A stretch of DNA of 64,000 bases from positions 23,498,001-23,562,000 of the forward strand of contig NC_091285.1 in the NCBI RefSeq assembly GCF_032444005.1. The letters run 5' to 3'. Of this stretch, positions 25,901 through 37,800 are shown in pieces (positions within the stretch are counted from its first letter, which is position 1; every line of letters starts with the position of its first letter). A model generated the notes under the pieces. It had not been told where the DNA came from and did not search any database. It saw only the letters and a list, made by a program, of their open reading frames with translations. The DNA comes from Ranitomeya imitator. Its lineage: Eukaryota. Made by a program: the position numbers and the translations under genes.

Positions 25901-28900
25901 CAGATATGTTTCCAAGGTCTGATTGGTTCGTTCGGTCTGGCCATTAGTCTGAGGATGGAAAGCCGAGGAAAAAGACAAGTCAATGCCCATCCTACCACAA
26001 AAGGCTCGCCAAAACCTCGAAACAAACTGGGAACCTCTGTCAGAAATGATATTCTCAGGAATGCCATGCAAACGAACCACATGCTGGAAGAACAATGGCA
26101 CCAAATCAGAGGAGGAAGGCAACTTGGACAAGGGTACCAGATGGACCATCTTAGAAAAGCGATCACAGACCACCCAAATGACTGACATCTTTTGAGAGAC
26201 GGGAAGATCTGAAATAAAATCCATAGAGATATGTGTCTAAGGTCTCTTCGGAACCGGCAAGGGCAAAAGCAACCCACTGGCACGAGAACAGCAGGGCTTA
26301 GCCCGAGCACAAATCCCACAGGACTGCACAAAAGAACGCACATCCCGCGACAGAGATGGCCACCAAAAGGATGTAGCCACTAACTCTCTGGTACCAAAGA
26401 TTCCAGGATGACCAGCCAACACCGAACAATGAACCTCAGAGATCACTTTATTGGTCCACCTATCCGGGACAAACAGTTTCTCCGCTGGACAACGATCAGG
26501 TTTATTAGCCTGAAATTTTTGCAGCACCCGCCGCAAATCAGGGGAGATGGCAGACACAATTACTCCTTCCTTGAGGATACCCGCCGGCTCAGATAAACCC
26601 GGAGAGTCGGGCACAAAACTCCTAGACAGAGCATCCGCCTTCACATTTTTAGAGCCCGGAAGGTACGAAATCACAAAGTCAAAACGGGCGAAAAACAGCG
26701 ACCAACGAGCCTGTCTAGGATTCAACCGCTTAGCAGACTCGAGATAAGTCAGGTTCTTATCATCAGTCAATACCACCACGCGATGCTTAGCTCCTTCAAG
26801 CCAATGACGCCACTCCTCGAATGCCCACTTCATGGCCAGCAACTCTCGGTTGCCCACATCATAATTCCGCTCAGCAGGCGAAAACTTCCTGGAAAAAAAA
26901 GCGCATGGTTTCATCACTGAACAATCAGAACCTCTCTGCGACAAAACAGCCCCTGCTCCAATCTCAGAAGCATCAACCTCGACCTGGAACGGAAGAGAAA
27001 CATCAGGTTGACACAACACAGGGGCAGAAGAAAAACAACGCTTCAACTCCTGAAAAGCCTCCACAGCAGCGGAAGACCAATTGACCACATCAGCACCCTT
27101 CTTGGTTAAATCGGTCAATGGTTTGGCAATACTAGAAAAATTGCAGATGAAGCGACGATAAAAATTAGCAAAGCCCAGGAACTTTTGCAGACTTTTCAGA
27201 GATGTCGGCTGAGTCCAATCATGGATGGCTTGGACCTTAACAGGATCCGTCTCGATAGTAGAAGGGGAAAAGATGAACCCCAAAAATGAAACCTTCTGCA
27301 CACCAAAGAGACACTTTGATCCCTTCACAAACAAAGAATTAGCATGCAGGACCTGAAAAACCGTTCTGACCTGCTTCACATGAGACTCCCAATCATCCGA
27401 GAAGATCAAAATGTCATCCAAGTACACAATCAGGAATTTATCCAGGTACTCTCGGAAGATGTCATGCATAAAGGACTGAAACACTGATGGAGCATTGGCA
27501 AGTCCGAACGGCATCACAAGATACTCAAAATGACCCTCGGGCGTATTAAATGCAGTTTTCCATTCATCGCCTCGCCTGATTCGCACCAGATCATACGCAC
27601 CACGAAGATCAATCTTGGTGAACCAACTAGCCCCCTTAATCCGAGCAAACAAATCAGATAACAAAGGCAAGGGGTACTGAAATTTAACAGTGATCTTATT
27701 AAGAAGGCGATAATCTATACAAGGTCTCAGCGAACCATCCTTCTTGGCTACAAAAAAGAACCCTGCTCCTAATGGCGACGATGACGGGCGAATATGCCCC
27801 TTCTCCAGGGATTCCTTCACATAACTGTGCATAGCGGCGTGCTCAGGTACAGATAAATAAACAGTCGACCTTTTGGGAATTTACCACCAGGAATCAAATT
27901 GATAGCACAATCACAATCCCTATGCGGAGGTAGGGCATCGGACTTGGGCTCATCAAATAAATCCCGGTAATCAGACAAGAACTCTGGAACCTCAGAAGGG
28001 GTGGATGACGAAATTGACAGAAATGGAACATCACCATGTACCCCCTGACAACCCCAGCTGGACACCGACATGGATTTCCAATCTAATACTGGATTATGGA
28101 CTTGTAGCCATGGCAACCCCAACACGACCACATCATGCAGATTATGTAGCACCAGAAAGCGAATAACCTCCTGATGTGCAGGAGCCATGCACATGGTCAG
28201 CTGGGCCCAGTACTGAGGCTTATTCTTGGCCAAAGGCGTAGCATCAATTCCTCTCAATGGAATAGGACACTGCAAGGGCTCCAAGAAAAACCTACAACGC
28301 TTAGCATAATCCAAATCCATCAAATTCAGAGCAGCGCCTGAATCCACAAATGCCATGACAGAATAGGAAGACAAAGAGCAGATCAAAGTAACGGACAGAA
28401 GAAATTTTGACTGTACCGTACCAATGGTGGCAGACCTAGCGAACCGCTTAGTGCGCTTAGGACAATCAGAGATGGCATGAGTGGAATCACCACAGTAGAA
28501 ACACAGACCATTCAGACGTCTGTGTTCTTGCCGTTCAACTCTGGTCAAAGTCCTATCGCACTGCATAGGCTCAGGTTTAATCTCAGGTAATACCGCCAAA
28601 TGGTGCACAGATTTACGCTCACGCAAGCGTCGACCGATCTGAATAGCCAAAGACATAGACTCATTCAGACCAGCAGGCATAGGAAATCCCACCATGACAT
28701 CCTTAAGGGCTTCAGAGAGACCCTTTCTGAACATAGCTGCCAGCGCAGATTCATTCCATTGAGTGAGCACTGACCATTTTCTAAATTTCTGACAATATAC
28801 TTCTATCTCATCCTGACCCTGACAAAGAGCCAGCAAATTTTTCTCTGCCTGATCCACTGAATTAGGCTCATCGTACAGCAATCCAAGCGCCAGGAAAAAC

Positions 28901-30382
28901 GCATTGATATTACTCAATGCAGGATCTCCTGACGCAAGAGAAAATGCCCAGTCCTGAGGGTCGCCACGCAAAAAAGAAATAATAATCAAAACCTGTTGAA
29001 CTGGATCACCAGAGGAACGAGGTTTCAAGGCCAGAAATAACTTATAATTATTTTTGAAACTCAGAAACTTAGTTCTATCTCCAAAAAACAAATCAGGAAT
29101 AGGAATTCTTGGTTCTAACATAGATTTCTGATCAATAGTGTCTTGAATCTTTTGTACTCTTGCCGAGAGCTGATCCACAAATGAAGACAGACCTCTAATG
29201 TCCATCGCTACACCTGTGTACTGAACCACCCAAATGTCTAGGGGAAAAAAAAGACAAAACACAAAGCCAAGAAAAAAAAATGGTCTCAGAACTTCTTTTT
29301 TCCCTCTATTGAGAATCATTAGTACTTTTGTCTTCCTGTACTGTTATGAAAGGCAATTCAGTACCACAATAGACATAGCGGTCAGAGCACATACAGTGAT
29401 CTGACAATAACCCAAAATAATAGAACGAGCTCTGAGACGTGGGAACTCTGCAGACCGTAATCCCTGATCCTCTCCAAACACAACTAGAGGCAGCTGTGGA
29501 TTGCGCCTAACGCTCCCTATGCAACTCGGCACAGCCTGAGAAACTAACTAGCCTGAAGATAGAAAAAATAAGCCTACCTTGCCTCAGAGAAATACCCCAA
29601 AGGAAAAGGCAGCCCCCCACATATAATGACTGTGAGTAAGATGAAAAGACAAACGTAGGGATGAAACAGATTCAGCAAAGTGAGGCCCGATATTCTAGAC
29701 AGAACAAGGATAGGAAAGATAACTTTGCGGTCTACACAAAACCCTAAAGAAAACCACGCAAAGGGGCAAAAAGACCCTCCGTACCGAACTAACGGCACAG
29801 AGGTACACCCTTTGCGTCCCAGAGCTTCCAGCAAAACAAATAGACAAGCTGGACAGAAAAAATAGCAACAAATAGCAAAGAAGCACTTAGCTATGCAGAG
29901 CAGCAGGCCACAGGAATGATCCAGAGAAACACAAGTCCAACACTGGAACATTGACAGGAAACATGAATCAAAGCACTAGGTGGGGTTAAGTAGAGAAGCA
30001 CCTAACGACCTCACCAGATCACCTGAGGGAGGAAACTCAGAAGCAGCAGTACCAGTTTCCTCCACAAACGGAAGCTCCCAGAGAGAATCAGCCGAAGTAC
30101 CACTTGTGACCACAGGAGGGAGCTCTGCCACAGAATTCACAACAGGTGACCACAGACCATTTCTCTGTTCTCATCCTTTTTGGCTGTTTTGGTCACTTGA
30201 ATTTTTGGCATTGTCCTCACCCCTGGAGGTACAGTAGCACGAGGCGGTGTCTACAACCCACAGAAGATGCTCAGATAGTGCAGCTCATCCAGGATGGCAC
30301 ATCAATGCGAGCTGTGGCAAGAAGGGTAGCGGTGCCTGTCAGAGTAGTGTCCAGAGCATGGAGCAGATACCAGGTGGTGTGG

Positions 30383-30417
<35 letters not shown>

Positions 30418-32349
30418 CACACAATACATGTATATATTAAATGAAATGTAAAATATATACATATATAGTAAATATAAACTGTAAAAATAAAGTGAAATGC
30501 AAAATTATATTTACTACATATGTATATTTATATTTTGCATTTTATTTACTATATGTAAAAGATAAATATATACATATAATTTTACATTTCACTTTATTTT
30601 TACAATTTATTTATATTTACTATATGTATATATTTATATTTTACATTTTATATTTACTATACAAGTATATATTTATATTTTACATTTTATATTTACTATA
30701 TATGTATATACTTATGTTATATTTTATTTACTATATGTAAGTGTGAAATATAAATATATACACATAGTAAATATAAAATGTAAAATATAAATATATACAT
30801 ATATAGTAAATATAAAATGTAAAATATAAATATATACATATATAGTAAATATAAAATGTAAAATATAAATATATACATATAAATATAAAATGTAAAATAT
30901 AAATATATACATGTATAGTAAATATAAATAAAATGTAAAATAAATACATTACAGACAGTATAGGGAAAAAAAGTAAATTAAAAAAAAAATTCTTCATTTT
31001 TTTTTACTTAAGTTCCCCGAGGACACGTGAACTCACAGTCATTTGATTGCAATATTCAAATGCTGCAGCTGTAGATTGACAGCGGCATGTAATTGGTTAA
31101 AACAGCAGTGGTTGCAGCAGGCGGTGCAGTCGCTGCCGTTAGCGGGGACCCCGGCCGTGTACGGTCACCTCCGGAGCCCACGCCGTACTGCTCAACCCGA
31201 CTTGTGATGTCCATCTACGCACGTGTCAGGAAGGGTTAAAGAGTACGGAATGTAAAGGAAGTGTCAGAATCTTTAAAGGGGCTTGTCCAGTTCTGCACAG
31301 AACCTGTGTACATGTGTGAACAGTCTCCGAGCCATGTTGTTGTTTTTTATTTAATCCTGGACAACCCCTTTAAGTCGGCGCTCGGGGGCAGGAGCGGAGG
31401 GACGGTGACGGTACCTGTGTCTCCAGCTCGGTGACCTCCAGGTTCAGCTTGTTTAGATGTTTATTGACAAAGGTGATCAGCGACTGCAAATAAAAGTGAA
31501 GACGTCAGACGAGAGCGTCCACGATACCATCCGGACCGGCGTCGGGACCGCAGAGCACTCACCTTCTTGACGACACTCAGCTTATCGGGAGCGTGGTCGA
31601 AGAGGGTGTCGAAGGCGTCGCGCTCTGAGAGGAGAGATACGGTTGCACACTATTAGAAAAAAATAAAATAAAAAATAGGCTCGCTGTCTTTTAAAAACAG
31701 CGCCATAACTGTCTACAGGTTGGGTCTGGTATTGCACCTCAGTCCCATTTATTTCTAGGGAGCTGAAGTGCGATGCCAGACACAACCTGTGGACAAGAGT
31801 GGCGCTGTTCATAGAAGAAAGTGGTCAGAGTTCTTGGTTTCCAAATCCCCCACTAGAGGGAGCCGGAGAGCTGACTGTATACAGTGTTATTATGAAGCTC
31901 AATGTGTTCACTGTATACCAGTCCTTCTTACACTGTATACATGGCGGCGGTCACGCATGAGCCCTGTCGGACCCCCTAAACCCATAGCAGAGAAAAGCCT
32001 CCGTTATCGCTTCATTCATAACCCCCTGCATCAGCGGGGGTCCCAGCATTCATAATCGATCATACATTTGTCACTGTGGATGACCCCTTTAAATAAACAC
32101 TCTGTGCTGCGGTGGATCCCTACTTATTCCACTATCAGGCAGATACCGGGAGTTGTAGTCTCTCAAAATAAGAATCCGGATGCGACACTGAGAAGGGCTT
32201 TAAATAAGACGTTACTTACCAAATTTCCCCATCATCATCCTAAAAGAAAAAAAAAATAGACAATTAGAAAAAAAATAAAAAATAAAAAAAAGTACCAAAA
32301 AGTAAGAAAGCAACAAAAGGACAAAAAAGTGAAAAAATAAAATAAAAAA

Positions 32350-32380
<31 letters not shown>

Positions 32381-34799
32381 GGGAGAGACTCCATTTGCAT
32401 ATATGTTCCCCATAAACAGTTAGGCTTTATTAACCGCTCCGATCATGGCTGTGAACCATCTAAATGCTGCCGCCGATCTCTGTCGGTGCCCATGTGCAGC
32501 AGTTCCCATTTCCTCCCCACATAGCACAATCAGGAGGCAGCAATGAGTTAACATTACAGCCGCAGGCTGCTAACGCCACCCCCCCGTCGCTGCCATATTG
32601 GCTGCCACATTCAGACTAGACGTGTCCGGCTTCGCACAATACACTTGAATTGAGCGAGGCTGCGCACGTCTAGTCAGCATGTGACCGCATGTATGAAAAA
32701 ATAAAAAAAATGTAAAATAATCACATACTTGCAGTCACGCGCCCGCTTTCTCATTAAAAGTTTTGCGCCGTTTGCCTTCTATATCCTCCAAGATGGCGTT
32801 TGTAACTCTTTATCTGTCATTTTCTGAGCTCTTCTCAGTTGATTTATGACCACAACAAAGTTCGGCTCAACTTAGATGTGGTCTGTGGTCACCAATTAGC
32901 ACAGAGGAGCTCAGAAAAAAAAAAAAAAGACAGATAAAGGAGTTCAAGCCTTATCAGAAGGAGCTCACTGACAGATTCTCAGTTGGCTCATTGTGCGGCC
33001 ATAAGTGTCCAGTAAGTGCGGATTCCAGTACTAGGACCTTGAAGGTGAAGCTCCATTCATGCACTTTCAGGAACAGACAAGCGACCTTCTCCATTGAAGT
33101 GTATGGGAGCGCTTGGCAATTTGGCCATTTTCAGAACTCCCATAGAAATCAATGGAGATAGACTTTTTTTTTTTTTTTTAAATTTAAGCAAAAGCCAGAA
33201 GCAACCTGCGGATGTCACTCAACAGCTCGTTATTAGGGAGCCTTGGCTGGCTAGAGATTAGATAAAAAACAATTATATTTTAGTCATGTCTCAGTGGTTC
33301 CGCCATCTCCTACCAGGCCGTCATTTTCAAGTCGTCAGTCACGGCAAGACCCGTATTATATATTTATAAGCTGTGTGAACACTATATATGAGCAATGCGG
33401 TGTACGTTCCTGCTTACTGTACAAAAACAGCACCACCCACGTCCTCAGGTTGAACGTGGTATTGCAACTCAGCCCCATTCACTTCAGTGGAGCTCAGCTG
33501 CAATACCAGAGACAACCTGCAGATATGTGGCGGCGCTGTTTCTAGAAGAAAGCAGTTTTTTTTTTCCTGGCGTCCCGGTAGGCAGGCGTGCGGTCACTTT
33601 TAGAGTGTAAGCTCTATGGTAACGTTTTTTTGGCTACGGGTTCAGACAACAGCATGGCTTCTGGTACAGCGTGCAAGCGCGGCGTATTTAGGAAACGCTC
33701 ACTCCGTCGTGGTCGTCAGTTCCTCGGTCACGTGGGTCGTCTGCAGGAGGCCTTCTCGTTTCTGAAAGGCAAGGACAGCAAATTCAGGGGGAAGATTATA
33801 ACAAAAACAAAAATATTTTTTAAAAATAGTTTTGACATTTCCAATTTATAGGAGGATGGCATGGCTGCTTTGTTTTCAGAAATAGCGCCACACTTGTTCA
33901 CAGGACGTTTCCGGTAATGCAGCTCAGTCCCAATTATAGCGGAGCTGCAATACCAGAGGCAACCTGTGGAAAGGGGTGGCGCTGTTTGGGAAAAGAAAGT
34001 AGTCATCCATTTACCTATTTCATAGTCCCCATTGATCAAGGGGTAAAAAGAGCCAAAATTAGAGGTTCCCCTGTTATTTGGGGGTGAAATTTTGCACCAG
34101 CTCTAAACTTGAACACCAAACATGCAGGGCTTATTTCTAAAAAGGAAGCAGGGGTGTAACTATAGTGGCCCTGGAGCCTGGGGGGGCCCAAATAAGTAGC
34201 CCTGTACTAGTCAGGAGCCCTGGAAATCTGGAAAGTAATGAATCTGAATTGACTATGACCGGCGAGAAAACAATTTAGACCCAGAAACCACAAGGCATTA
34301 CCAAGCGAAAAACAATTTAAAAAGGAAAAAAAAAAAAAAAAAAAAAAAAAGAAAATAAATAAATCAGCTGTAGGAGCGCTGGGAAGGGTAAAAGGTTTTT
34401 AGGGTTAACCTCTGCTGCCATCTAGTGGCCATTTAGGAGAATTGTCTGTGCACATTGAAATGATCAAAATTGACTTGTCTCCTGATAAAGTTTCAGAAAA
34501 GCCATGAACTAATGTATAATGGTATATGAAAGGGGAGGGGAAGGTAGGAGAAAAAAAAAAAAATAATTTATATAGAATTCTTACCTTTACCACCACTACC
34601 TGCACACACACATGTTCAGGTAGCCGTATAGGAGCTCGGAAATGAATGGCCAGGGCTACTAGAAGGTGCAAAATGGCAACCAGGTTTTTTCCATGTATCG
34701 CTGGAGGAAAGGAATTGAAAAAGTACGTTATAATAATATATTTCAAGTTCTCATTCTGTGATGAGCTGAGAATGAAAAATAAAAAATAATTATAATAAA

Positions 34800-34846
<47 letters not shown>

Positions 34847-37800
34847 TTTTATTATTTTTTATTTTTTATTACAGCCACCACCCACCGTGTGTAGCGCGGG
34901 CTCAGCTCCTGAGCTGGCTCCATACACCTGCACCCAATGACACAGACAACCCAATGGCTTGAGTGGGCAGGGTGCAATGCTTCACTTCTCCTGTAGGGGG
35001 TGCTGCAGTTAAATTGAACACTTGTGGCAGTTTTCTCCCACAGCTGATCACTGGTGGTCCCAACAGGAGGACACTGATCAACTTATTGTCAGGAGCCCCC
35101 TTTTAGCAAACAGATCCACTTACAATCGACGTTCCAGCGTATGGCCCACCCCTGCGGTCTCAGAAATTCCTGTATATCATCCAGGATGGTCTGAAGCTTC
35201 TGTTTTTGTCCGATCTCAGACTGCGTCACCTCTGCAACGCTCAGTTTTCGGTTTGCCAGCTTCTCTGAAAAAAATAAAAATTTTTTTTTTTTTTTTTTAT
35301 TAAGGACCCTCCGATAATAGCGCCTCCCACTCCAGTGGTCCTGTCATGTATATACAGTATATAGACCGTCCAGAGGTTTAAGTGGAAACTAAATCTATTT
35401 GTGTAATACTTCATTTTTTCCTGTGGGGGAGCTGTAGAAAAAAAATGGAACACTTACTGAAGAGTTTCTCCAAAGATGGCAGCTCATTTTTTATAGTTAA
35501 ATAACCATTGAAAATAAAGTGAAAAAAAAAAAAAAAAAAAAATCCCCCATCGTTCCCTCATTAATCATATAAGTTGGTTAAGCTCCGCATGGATTTATAA
35601 AGCGCAGCGGTGACTTCTGCAGATTCAAAAAGTTAATTAATTTGGACTTAACCTTTAAGGGGGGCAAAACGAAAGGAGACGCGTAATTAATTCCATCCCA
35701 TCTGACTAGATCGTTAAATCCAAGGTGTAGGAGGCAGGTCATTGAAATTAATTAAAGCTTCCGGAATTGGGAAGTGTTTTACTTCCCCCCCCCCCCCCCC
35801 CCTTCCCTCTTTGAAGGGGGGGTGCTGATTTTCTCCATTGGGTCCCGGGAAGTTATTGACTACAATGATTCTTAAAGGGATTTTCCATAATTAAACTATT
35901 GATGAGCTTTCCTTAGGATAAGTCATCACATCAGGTCTGTGGGGGGTCCAATGCCCCCAGTGATCCTCTGCTAAATACCACAGCAGCCAGATGTATACAG
36001 AGTTCCATACACCGCAGGTAGTGACCGGCCCAGCTGCTATTAAAGTGAATAGGATCGGAACAGCAGTTCCCAAAAATGACCACTAGCTTACAGTACTGCG
36101 CCATTCTGGTTCTGTATCCGTGTACTGAAAATAAAATCAAATAAATTGGGGGGGGTATGTTGGGTGGTACTAGGTCATGACTTCCTGATGGTCTAGGAGG
36201 GGGGTACTGTTATTCCAAAAAAAGTTATGCAAATTAGCTCTCCAGAAGAAAAAAGGTGGTCTCACTAGCGCCACAAGTAGCAACCCTATAAAAGTCAGCG
36301 TACGACCCTTTAATGAGCCTTGCTTTCCAGATGTGAGCAGAGACCAGGCTCTATACATAAAGTAATGTAACTGCAGTGTATGTTGGTATTATGCGAGCGG
36401 CATTTATTTAGCCACTGTTATAATATATGTGCAATCCTTGATGGTGGCGGCACTGTATAGCAGTATTATTTAGGCAACTGGAACAGAAATTTGTCAAAAG
36501 GAGCGGGAGCACATGGCTCCAAACAGGTGAAAACCCAACACTTGCTAGGGACACTATTCTGCCCGTTAGCTCCCATTCTTTGCAGCAGCCATAAAGCGTG
36601 CGCACCCCGCTGTACACATCTACACAGTCACCTAGGAGCTTCTGTAAGACCTGTCCGTCGTAAAAATCTTCCTCCAGGTTCTTCACTATTATCCGCTCCT
36701 CTACAAGGACTTCATTAATCCAGTCTATTAGGACCTACGGAGGCAGGAGGAAGTTATGGACGGTGCATAATCATTAAATAATAAAAAAAAAAAGTTAGTC
36801 CGCCATCACCCTTAGAGGGAAGCGGAACTGTCATTGCTGGTGACTGTACAGAATAGGCTGTGTATGTACATGAGGAATAACGCTGATATATCACTTGTCT
36901 CTTCCATATTTCAGTTGTCTCTGAGCTAGTGGGTAGAGACTAGCTATTATGATGTCTGTATACACTGCACACAAAGACAAGAGGGATTCCGGCTCTCCTG
37001 TGTCCATTTAGCACATGTTCAGAAACAGCGTGCAGAACATTATACAGTAGTACTGAGCAGTGTGGCTGTGAAGCCAGAAAGTAGTATCATGTAGGACATT
37101 ATACACCAATACTGAGCAGTGTTGCTGGGAATCCAGATAGCAGCGTGGAGAGCACTATACAGCAGTACTGAGAAGTGTAGCTGTGAATCCAGATAGCATT
37201 AGCCTGGAGGACATTATATAGTAGTACTGAGCAGTGTAGGTGCGAGTCCACATTGCAGCAGCATGCAGGACATCATACAGCAATACTGAGCAGTGTAGCT
37301 GTGAATCCAGAAAGTAGCATCATGGAGGACATTACACAATAATACTAAGCAGTGCAGCTGTGAATTTAGATAGCAGCAGATGAGAATCCATCTCTGGAGT
37401 GAGATAAAGCACCCCAGAACCTTCCACTTCTCATTTTCGGTTTTCTCTTCGGATTTTAAATCCTTGAGCTCAAATGAAATACTTTATTTAAAGGGTAACC
37501 ATACTTTCAAGTAACTGTTTAGAATAAGCTGTCCTGAGGAATAACTATTCCTAGACATTATATGACAGCAACTCTACATTTTCACAATTTTTATTTCCCC
37601 CTTAAAAGCCCAATCTCCTACTTTAGAATGGACTTGGAGCTGGGGGGGGAGGGGGTTAAGAAACTAGCTGCTTTGAGGTCTCCATTCAGAGAGGGATTCC
37701 TTCTTTTCATTGTCAGTAAGCACACAGGTAGAAGCAGCAGCATGGAGGAAGTTATACAGCAGTACTGAGCAGTGTGGATGAGAAACCAGCTTTGTTGGGG

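Larger units (their letters stand above)
24343..30144 (-). mobile_element. Full-length Ty3/Gypsy chromovirus LTR retrotransposon (Tf1/sushi type, 5802 bp)
   Basis: Two 803-bp TG...CA LTRs (24343-25145 and 29342-30144), GGTGAC flanking duplication, PPT at 25149-25158, domain order gag-PR-RT-RH-IN-chromo. Confidence 0.97.
24160..30375 (+). mobile_element. Tc1 relic (5' part) split by the Gypsy insertion; pieces 24160-24342 and 30145-30375
   Basis: Flanks rejoin across the GGTGAC duplication. The right piece encodes [34 protein letters not shown], a Tc1-type N-terminal HTH. Left boundary approximate. Confidence 0.75.

Noticed and set aside
27817-27870. Programmed ribosomal frameshift between the Gypsy ORFs
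   Set aside because: The break falls inside the conserved GRLFNLS stretch before RT and is explained by a single missing A; no slippery heptamer seen.
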